From an uncultured Pseudomonadota bacterium (GTDB taxonomy: Bacteria; Myxococcota_A; UBA796; SXON01): 64,000 nt of DNA. Of the stretch, positions 16,848-23,509 are shown one piece after another. The stretch spans positions 4,036 to 68,035 of the forward strand of contig CAIUMM010000015.1 in the NCBI GenBank assembly GCA_903900265.1. Direction: 5' to 3'. The position numbers were made by a program, and so were the translations under genes. Within the stretch, counting starts at the first letter, position 1; each line of letters begins with the position of its first letter. Below the pieces are notes generated by a model that was not told the DNA's origin, made no database searches, and saw only the letters and a list, made by a program, of their open reading frames with translations.

Positions 16848-18514
16848 TCTGGCTGCTGGCGTGCGCGGCCCCGCCGCCAGCAGAGCTGAACCTGCGTTGG
16901 GCGGGCGATGGGATCGAGGTCCGCTCGACGGCGCCTGTGTCTTCCATTGCAGTGTTGAATGCGCTCGATGAACCTGTACTTCGGCGCGACCTTGCGGTGC
17001 CGGAGACCGAGTTTTTCGTCACCGTAGACGCTGCGCCGGGCACGCTGCATGTGCAGACGCAGGGGCCGAACGGCGGGGCCGTCGGCGAGTTGACGGTGCC
17101 TGTTGCGAGTCCGTTTGTCGCGGAGGTGCAGCCTGCGCCGGGTGCGGGTTGGGTGCCGGCGCGGGGGCGCGTGGAGGTGCCGCTTTGGGGAGACCGCGCC
17201 TCGATCTTCTTGCGCGTCACCGCTGGTCCGGCTCCGATCGACGTCCCCACGGACATCGGTGTGGCGCACCTCCCGGCGCCGGGGAGTCGCGCGCTGCTGC
17301 CGGTGCAGCTCTCCCAGTCGCGCACGGTGCAGGTGGGATCGGATGCGGTGGAGCTGGTGCTGGTCCCCCGGGACCCCGCGCAGGTCAAGGCTGACCTTCG
17401 TCTGGGGACAGCGATTTTTCCGGCGTCCCCCGATGGCGATCGGGATCTGGGCCGTCCCGCTGACGCCGTCGTCTTGCCGTCGCCGCTTTGGGAGTCGGGG
17501 TTGGCCGCGGCGGGCTGGGGCACGAGGATGCGCGCCGCCGAGGAGCCCTGGGCGAGCGTGACCGTGCCGGTGGAGAACCACGGCGCGGTGCCGCTGGACC
17601 TCGTTGTGTCGGCGACGGTGTCGGGCGTAGACGGCGCGGCTGCTCCGGCGTTCCTGCCTCGTTTGCGCTCCGCGGACGGCGGGACGGACCGGGTTGTGGC
17701 CTTGCTACGCGTGCCCGCCGGTGCGACGGGTCGTGCGGTGCTGCCGGTGTTTGTCGATGTGCGCACGGTGACGGCTGGGCCGTACACGCTCCACACCGAG
17801 ATCACGCCGTTAGGCGCACCCGCGGTGCTCGCGGCGTCGGAGCAGACGCTGGTCGTTCGACGCGGCGATGGGGTGGTCTCGGTTGGGTTTTTGCTGACCT
17901 TGCTGACCAGCGTCGCCGGGCTGCTGTGGACCGCGACGACGCTCCCGGTGTGGCTACGACGCGCCTCCACCACCGACTTGATGGTGAACGCGCTGTTTGG
18001 CACGGCCTTGTTCGTCGTGTCTTCGGCCACCGACGTGCTGGCGATGAGCGTCGGCGCGATGCTCGGGCCGTTCTCCTCGTTGTTCTCGGGGGTGCTCTAC
18101 GACGCGGGTCGTACGGTGCTGCTCGCGACGCTCCTGCAGCTACAGCCGCGCCCGGGCACGATCGCGCTCTCCATCCTGTGTTCGTGGCTGGGCCGTGGCG
18201 TGCTGCTGGGCTCGATCGGCCTGCCCGACCTCATCCACACCGGGGCGGCCATCGCGCTGGGCGAGGGCTTCGCGTGGTGGGCTGGCCTGACGCGCGGCAA
18301 GCCGCTGAGCCGCGTGCGCTTGTCGCTGGCCTTTGGGCTCTCCACCGCCCTGCTGACGCTCTGCGGGCTCTGGCTGCACATGGTCTTGTATCGGTTGAGC
18401 TTCGCCGGCTGGTACATCGGGATGCAGGTGGGTTTACCTGGCTTTTTGTACGTCGTGCTCGCGTGTCAGCTCGCGGTGCCGTTCGCCCGCAGCCTGCGTG
18501 AGGTGGACGCATGA
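16844..18514 (+). CDS. Membrane protein: about 410-aa extracytoplasmic beta-rich domain + about 7 TM helices (candidate substrate-capture/S-component of the downstream ECF-like module)
   Basis: ATGA overlap with the upstream stop. N-terminus MIWLLACAAPP. The C-terminal 230 aa form consecutive hydrophobic helices (VGFLLTLLTSVAGLLW..., ALFGTALFVVSS..., IALSILCSWLG..., LSLAFGLSTALLTLCGLWL..., VGLPGFLYVVLACQLAV). The role is inferred from context. Confidence 0.75.
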   Translation: MIWLLACAAPPPAELNLRWAGDGIEVRSTAPVSSIAVLNALDEPVLRRDLAVPETEFFVTVDAAPGTLHVQTQGPNGGAVGELTVPVASPFVAEVQPAPGAGWVPARGRVEVPLWGDRASIFLRVTAGPAPIDVPTDIGVAHLPAPGSRALLPVQLSQSRTVQVGSDAVELVLVPRDPAQVKADLRLGTAIFPASPDGDRDLGRPADAVVLPSPLWESGLAAAGWGTRMRAAEEPWASVTVPVENHGAVPLDLVVSATVSGVDGAAAPAFLPRLRSADGGTDRVVALLRVPAGATGRAVLPVFVDVRTVTAGPYTLHTEITPLGAPAVLAASEQTLVVRRGDGVVSVGFLLTLLTSVAGLLWTATTLPVWLRRASTTDLMVNALFGTALFVVSSATDVLAMSVGAMLGPFSSLFSGVLYDAGRTVLLATLLQLQPRPGTIALSILCSWLGRGVLLGSIGLPDLIHTGAAIALGEGFAWWAGLTRGKPLSRVRLSLAFGLSTALLTLCGLWLHMVLYRLSFAGWYIGMQVGLPGFLYVVLACQLAVPFARSLREVDA

Positions 18515-20685
18515 CCCCCCGGATTCAGCTCGAACAGTGTCAATACACCTTCCCATCGGGTCGCGTCGTCGGTCCGTTGGATCTGCAGGTCGCCGCCGGG
18601 GAGCTCGTGGTGTTGGCGGGGGAGACGGGCGCGGGCAAGTCGACCTTTGCGCGGATGATCGTCGGCCTCTCCCAGCGGCATGGGCATGGGCGCGTGGGTG
18701 GAACGGTGCGGCTGGGAGGGGTGGATCCTGGCACGTTGAGCGGTGCGGCGCGCGTACGCGCCGTCGGGTTCGTTGGGCAAGAGGTGGACGACTGTGTGCT
18801 CTCGGGCACCTGCGCCGGTGAGGTGGCGTTCGCGCTCGAGAGCGCGGGGCTGCCCCCGAGCGGGGTCGCCGGCGCGCTCGAGAGGGTGGGACTCGCCGGC
18901 TTTGAGGAGCGCGATCCGCTCGCGCTCTCCGGCGGGGAGCGGCAACGTCTGGTCATCGCGGCGGCGCTGGCGGCCCAGCCGACCGCGCTCGTGCTGGACG
19001 AGCCGCTCAGTCAGCTGGACCCTGCTGGAGCGCAGGAGATGGTTGAATTGCTTCGGGCGATCGCCCATCAAGGCGTCGCAGTGCTGGTCGTGGAGCACCG
19101 CCTCTCCCTGCTTGGATGTGCCGATCGGGTGGTGTGGCTGGGAGAGCCCGCCGTTCCCGTCCTCCCCCCGGAGCGTTCCACGTGGAACAAACACGCGGGC
19201 GAAGTGCTCCGCGTGGATGGTGCGACCTGCTTGCATCCGGGCGGTCGTGGCGTTCAGGATCTGTGCTTCTCCATCGCCGCGGGGGAGCGCGTCGCGATTG
19301 TCGGTGGGAACGGCGCGGGGAAGTCGACGTTGATCGGCGTTCTATCGGGTAGGCTGGCCACCTCTACCGGGCGTGTTGCCCGTGCAGGGCGCGTGATGGA
19401 GGTGCCGCAAAACGCCGATCTCGTCCTGTTTTCGGACACCGCGGCGGCAGAGGTACGGTACGGGCCGACTGAGTTCGGGCGGGAGGTCGACGCGACGGTG
19501 CTGTTGTCGGACTTCGGCCTCGCTGGTGTAGACCCCCGCCCTCCGCAGGCGCTCTCCCGTGGGCAGCGCCTGAGGCTCGCCGTTGCCGCGACCCTCGCTT
19601 GTGGGCCCGAGGTGCTGGTTTTGGACGAGCCGGGGAGCGGTCAGGACATGCAGAACCTGCATCGCTTGTTCGACACGGTCGATCGCGTGGCTCCTTCGGT
19701 GGTTTTTTCGAGCCACGATCCCGAGCTCGTGCGCTGCTGGGCCACGCGGGTGATCTGGTTGGAGTCGGGTCGCATCCGCGAGGACCAGCCGGTCGGTGAG
19801 AGCCTGTGGCTGGATCAACCTCCGAGGTCGCACCGATCTCCGATGATTCCTTCCGTCCTCACGGTCGCGGGGTTGGACCCACGGCTGCGCTTGTTGTTGG
19901 TGCTCTTGCTGGGACTGACGGTGGTGCTGCTCGACAGTGCGTGGAGTTTATCTGCGTTGGCCCTTGCTCTTGTCGCTGCTGCGTTGATTCACCCGTCGGT
20001 CCGGCCCTGGCGGCGGGCGCTTTTGCTCGGGGCGCTCGCGATGGCCTGGTCGACCGCGCTCTCGCAGTCCTTGTTCTGGCTGGACTGGCCTAGGACGCCG
20101 ATGTTCGCCCTGGGGCCGCTCACCTTTTGGCGCGAAGGCGCGGTGAACGGGCTTGCCCAGTCTACACGCTTCATCGCGCTGTCCGCGGCGGGGCTGCTGC
20201 TCGCAGCATCGACGCCCACGGACCGCATGGTGACCGCGCTACGATCCAGCTTGTTTGGGAAGAAGATCCCGATCTCGATGGTGCTGATGGTCGCGGCCAT
20301 GGTCCGCTTTGTCCCGCTGGTCGCGAGCGAGTGGGCCGAGGTGCGCGGGGCACGGCGTGCGCGAGGGCGCGCCGCTTGGCGGCGCTGGCCCGCGGCGTGG
20401 CTCACGTTGGAGATCAATCTGCTGCGTCCAGTGGTCGCGAGGTGCATCCGCCGCGCCCGGATGCTGGCCGAGTCCTTGGATACGCGTGGCTTTGATGCCG
20501 ACGCGCCCCGCGGCGTCGCTCACCCGCTGCTCTGGCGGCGCACGGATAGCTTCGTTCTGTTTGGAGCGGGACTCGCGGTGCTCTGCCTGTCGGTGTCCCG
20601 AGCCTTATACGCTTTATACGCCGCGGATATCTGGTATCACTCGGCCTTGCGCCCGCTCTATGGGGTGGTTCGAGCTTGGCTTTAG
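18511..20685 (+). CDS. Fused ABC ATPase-ABC ATPase-EcfT/CbiQ-like transmembrane protein (ECF-type energising module in one polypeptide)
   Basis: 724 aa. Cassette 1: GETGAGKST, LSGGERQRL, LVLDEP. Cassette 2: GGNGAGKSTL, LSRGQRLRL, LVLDEPGSG. The C-terminal 280 aa are multi-TM with CbiQ/EcfT-like character (RFIALSAAGLLLAASTPTDRMVTALRS...VPLVASEWAEVRGARRARG). ATGA overlap with the upstream gene. Confidence 0.85.
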   Translation: MTPRIQLEQCQYTFPSGRVVGPLDLQVAAGELVVLAGETGAGKSTFARMIVGLSQRHGHGRVGGTVRLGGVDPGTLSGAARVRAVGFVGQEVDDCVLSGTCAGEVAFALESAGLPPSGVAGALERVGLAGFEERDPLALSGGERQRLVIAAALAAQPTALVLDEPLSQLDPAGAQEMVELLRAIAHQGVAVLVVEHRLSLLGCADRVVWLGEPAVPVLPPERSTWNKHAGEVLRVDGATCLHPGGRGVQDLCFSIAAGERVAIVGGNGAGKSTLIGVLSGRLATSTGRVARAGRVMEVPQNADLVLFSDTAAAEVRYGPTEFGREVDATVLLSDFGLAGVDPRPPQALSRGQRLRLAVAATLACGPEVLVLDEPGSGQDMQNLHRLFDTVDRVAPSVVFSSHDPELVRCWATRVIWLESGRIREDQPVGESLWLDQPPRSHRSPMIPSVLTVAGLDPRLRLLLVLLLGLTVVLLDSAWSLSALALALVAAALIHPSVRPWRRALLLGALAMAWSTALSQSLFWLDWPRTPMFALGPLTFWREGAVNGLAQSTRFIALSAAGLLLAASTPTDRMVTALRSSLFGKKIPISMVLMVAAMVRFVPLVASEWAEVRGARRARGRAAWRRWPAAWLTLEINLLRPVVARCIRRARMLAESLDTRGFDADAPRGVAHPLLWRRTDSFVLFGAGLAVLCLSVSRALYALYAADIWYHSALRPLYGVVRAWL

Positions 20686-20716
20686 CTGGACGGGCGCTGA
20701 CACATACTGATACGTA

Positions 20717-21127
20717 TCAGGTGCCCGACAGCAGCGCGTCCACGGTCTGCTGGTCGGCGCCCGGGAAGGGATACTGCCCGAAGGCGTCGGGTCGAACCCA
20801 GCGAATTTGATGGACGTTTGCGGCGCGAGGCGCGCCCACGAGCGCGCAGCGATACACGATCATGTCGAGAGCGTACTTGTCGTAGGTGTGGGTCACGTGC
20901 AGGACGCGATGGCCGACCTGCACGCCGACGTCGAGCCGGTGACGAATGCTGCGGCGCAGCGCGTCGGAGTCGCTCTCGCCCTCTTGCACCCGTCCGCCCG
21001 GAAACTCCCACAACAACGGCAGCGCAGACTCTGGCCGGCGCTGGGTGATCAGATATTCGCCGTTCTGCTCGATCTCGGCAGCGACGACGCGAATATGGGG
21101 CAGGTTGGAATTCGGGTTGGGTGTCAT
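20717..21127 (-). CDS. Nudix-fold protein, MutT-like but with degenerate Nudix box
   Basis: 136 aa. LLWEFPGGRVQEGESDSDALRRSIRHRLDVGV aligns to the MutT segment LEFPGGKIEMGETPEQAVVRELQEEVGI. The positions of the RE..EE glutamates read S, H and R. Confidence 0.8.
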   Translation of the reverse strand: MTPNPNSNLPHIRVVAAEIEQNGEYLITQRRPESALPLLWEFPGGRVQEGESDSDALRRSIRHRLDVGVQVGHRVLHVTHTYDKYALDMIVYRCALVGAPRAANVHQIRWVRPDAFGQYPFPGADQQTVDALLSGT

Positions 21128-21258
21128 GACGGCTCCATCTATGCGATATCCCGTTGGGCCCCCGCTTCGCTAAGGATCAGACTGCGTAGCGCGTCAGCGG
21201 GCTTACACCTGAGCTTGAGCGATGGCGCTACAATAGGAGTTGACGTGCTGGAGGCATA

Positions 21259-21774
21259 GTGATTCGTTCTGCGTTGAAGCGTGGCATCAAGAAGGCGTTT
21301 GGAATGGAGGCGGCGCCGGTCGTGGCCCCCGTGCCCGCACCGGTGTGGAAGGCCCCTGTCGCTGCGCAGGCGGTGGCTCCCGTGGTCACTCCCGCAGAGG
21401 CCCCTGCACCTGCTGTGGAGGCCGCTCCCGTCGAACCCAAGCCTGTGGTCGATGCGGCTCCCGCACCCGCGCCAACGACGGATGACGTCGCTGCGAAGGC
21501 TCCCTCCCCGGTCGTGGACTCGGATGACACCGCGGGCGCGGCGTTCACCTTTGAGGCCGTTCAGGAGATCATGGACGAGATGGTCCGGCCAGCGCTTCAG
21601 GGCGACGGCGGCGACATCACGCTGCTTCGCATTGAAAACAACGACATCTACGTCAAGCTCGTGGGGTCATGCTCTACGTGTCCCTCCTCCATCCTTACGA
21701 TGAAGATGGGCGTCGAGGCGTTGCTGAAAGAAGAGTTCCCCGCGATGAACAGCCTCATTCAGGTCGACGGGTAG
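21259..21774 (+). CDS. NifU-like (Nfu-type) Fe-S cluster scaffold domain protein with Ala/Pro-rich N-terminal extension
   Basis: 171 aa with a GTG start and GGAGG upstream. C-terminal domain EIMDEMVRPALQGDGGDITLL...VKLVGSCSTCPSSILTMKMGVEALLKEEFP carries the CxxC NifU C-terminal signature. Confidence 0.85.
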   Translation: MIRSALKRGIKKAFGMEAAPVVAPVPAPVWKAPVAAQAVAPVVTPAEAPAPAVEAAPVEPKPVVDAAPAPAPTTDDVAAKAPSPVVDSDDTAGAAFTFEAVQEIMDEMVRPALQGDGGDITLLRIENNDIYVKLVGSCSTCPSSILTMKMGVEALLKEEFPAMNSLIQVDG

Positions 21775-22834
21775 CCCACAGCGCAGGGACCTTCCCGGGG
21801 ACGATGAGCCCCTCGGCCAGCCACTCCGCGACCGGGTGGTGGATCGCGACCTTGCCGACGTACACGTGGTTCAGGTCCCCGCCGTTCGCGCGCCAGCGCT
21901 GTACTGCGGCCCATCCCAAGCCGTACACGGCGTCCTTCGCGTACACCCCAGGCTTTCCAGGATCGAGCAGGCCTCGCTTCAAGCGGAGCGTCACCGAGAA
22001 CGCGCCCTGAGGTCCGTAGGTGCCGCGCAGCCGCTCCCAGAGCTCTCGAAAGCCCATTTGCCGCGCGAGCACGATGGCGCTGCGGATCTGCGCTTGCCGC
22101 GCCATTGCGCCAGGCACGAGGGTGCCCGCCTGTTCTTCGGCGGCGACGGCCAGACCCTCCTCCGTTTGCAGATTTCCGGGCAATCCTGTGGAGAACAGCC
22201 GCAGCGACTGCCTTTTTCCATTCTCCGCACGGGTGACGTGCACGTCGATCTCGTGCGCTACGAGCCTGCGAACGTCGCTTTGGCGGAAGGTCGCGCGGGG
22301 GTTGACGCGGATCTGTTGCTGTGTGGATTCGACCAGGACGCGGGCGCTCATGATCTCGTCCCGGACGACCTGCCAGCCGGTCAGACCGCGCGCGTGGATA
22401 GCGGCTTCGAGGGCTTGTCCCATGCCCGCCGCCCCTAGCACGGGTTCGGGTTCGGATGGCGTTTGAACCTGCGTGGTCGGCACCGATGCGTCGCCGCGCT
22501 CCCATCCTTCGAGGATCGCCCAACGCTCAAAGTGCTCGGCGGTGCGGTACCGAAGCGCGTTCGCCATCGCGTCGAAGGAGCTCAGCGCGTCCTTCAGCAG
22601 GGCGCTGAACGGGTGCAGCTGGGGCAGGACCATCCCATGCAGGCGCTCCTGCCATTCCGGCAGCGCCGCGGAGGCCCCGTACCGAAACGGCGGATGCGGT
22701 GCTCCTGCAAAGAACGCAGCTTGGGCCTCGCTCACGTTGATCGGATTGAGCAGATGAGCGGGGTCAAGCGCGTGGTTCGCGGCAAAGAGCGCGTCGTCGA
22801 AGGCGCGCACTTCATCCGGCAGCGACGGCGCCAC
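21755..22834 (-). CDS. DUF1704-family protein (QEGLA-motif / putative carboxypeptidase-like)
   Basis: 359 aa. HEIDVHVTRAENG and LQTEEGLAVAAEEQ motifs are characteristic of the DUF1704 family. It overlaps the NifU-like gene 3' end by 20 nt (convergent). Confidence 0.75.
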   Translation of the reverse strand: MAPSLPDEVRAFDDALFAANHALDPAHLLNPINVSEAQAAFFAGAPHPPFRYGASAALPEWQERLHGMVLPQLHPFSALLKDALSSFDAMANALRYRTAEHFERWAILEGWERGDASVPTTQVQTPSEPEPVLGAAGMGQALEAAIHARGLTGWQVVRDEIMSARVLVESTQQQIRVNPRATFRQSDVRRLVAHEIDVHVTRAENGKRQSLRLFSTGLPGNLQTEEGLAVAAEEQAGTLVPGAMARQAQIRSAIVLARQMGFRELWERLRGTYGPQGAFSVTLRLKRGLLDPGKPGVYAKDAVYGLGWAAVQRWRANGGDLNHVYVGKVAIHHPVAEWLAEGLIVPGKVPALWATRRPE

Positions 22835-22837
22835 GGC

Positions 22838-23341
22838 TCAGTGGTTCGGTCGACGGATGTCTTTGAGGCTCGGCTGGCGGTTGCGGAGCGGCCGATGGGG
22901 CGCGACCGGCGCGGGGGCTTCGGCCGGCGTCGCTTCTGCGGGTGCCGCGGGGGCTTCGATTCCTGCCGCTGCGGGAACGGGCAGGGCGGTGGGGGCCGCG
23001 GCAGGCGCTGCGCCAGGGCAGGTCGGGGGCATGTTGGCCAGAGCGGCGATGCACCCCGGCTTCAGGCTCTCCGCGCCGGTGGGGCTGGAGGCCGTCAGGA
23101 TCCAGGCGGCGTGCGTCGCATTGTACGCAGCTTCGAACTGTGTCTTCATCGCCGGATCCATACTGCCCAGGCAGGCTTCCATCTTACGGACATATTCGTC
23201 GCATTCGGGCACGCCGATGTGCGTCGCGGCCGCGGGCTGGGAGGCCGCGGGGGCCTCCGGCGCGGGGGCGCTACCGCCCGAACAAGCGAGCGCAAAGCCG
23301 AGGGTCAGGGAGATCGTGGGCAGAAGGATGGATGTCTTCAT
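22838..23341 (-). CDS. Lipoprotein, Ala/Pro-rich C-terminus
   Basis: Internal ATG of the 584-aa shadow-extended ORF gives MKTSILLPTISLTLGFALAC (lipobox). 167 aa. The remaining upstream ORF is antisense to the oxidoreductase gene. Confidence 0.75.
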   Translation of the reverse strand: MKTSILLPTISLTLGFALACSGGSAPAPEAPAASQPAAATHIGVPECDEYVRKMEACLGSMDPAMKTQFEAAYNATHAAWILTASSPTGAESLKPGCIAALANMPPTCPGAAPAAAPTALPVPAAAGIEAPAAPAEATPAEAPAPVAPHRPLRNRQPSLKDIRRPNH

Positions 23342-23509
23342 GGGATGGCCTCGATGTGCGGCAGCATGGGAGAAGGTTGGGTGTCCGCGGGAACAGAAAC
23401 GAACAGGAAATCGAAAACGACCGAGAAATCTTGGAGGTGTAGCGTAGCGGCGTGGGATCACGCGGTCAATACTTGGGGCGGGCGTAGCAGTCGGGTTAGC
23501 CGACACCGC

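Noticed and set aside
22463-23509. 349-codon N-terminal extension of the oxidoreductase ORF (track ORF 22463..26296, 1277 aa).
   Set aside because: The extension is antisense to two well-supported minus-strand genes (DUF1704 and the lipoprotein) and is Arg/Gly-rich. The family-typical N-terminus MKSILPLQINGA... starts at the ATG at 23510.
23342-23509. Possible Moco (molybdenum cofactor) riboswitch in the 5' leader of the molybdoenzyme gene.
   Set aside because: Only short generic hairpins (for example gtcgg-gttag-ccgac) are visible. I could not recognise the conserved Moco-motif blocks. The 168-nt spacer also has to hold the divergent promoter of the lipoprotein gene. A cmscan with the Rfam Moco RNA motif model would settle it.
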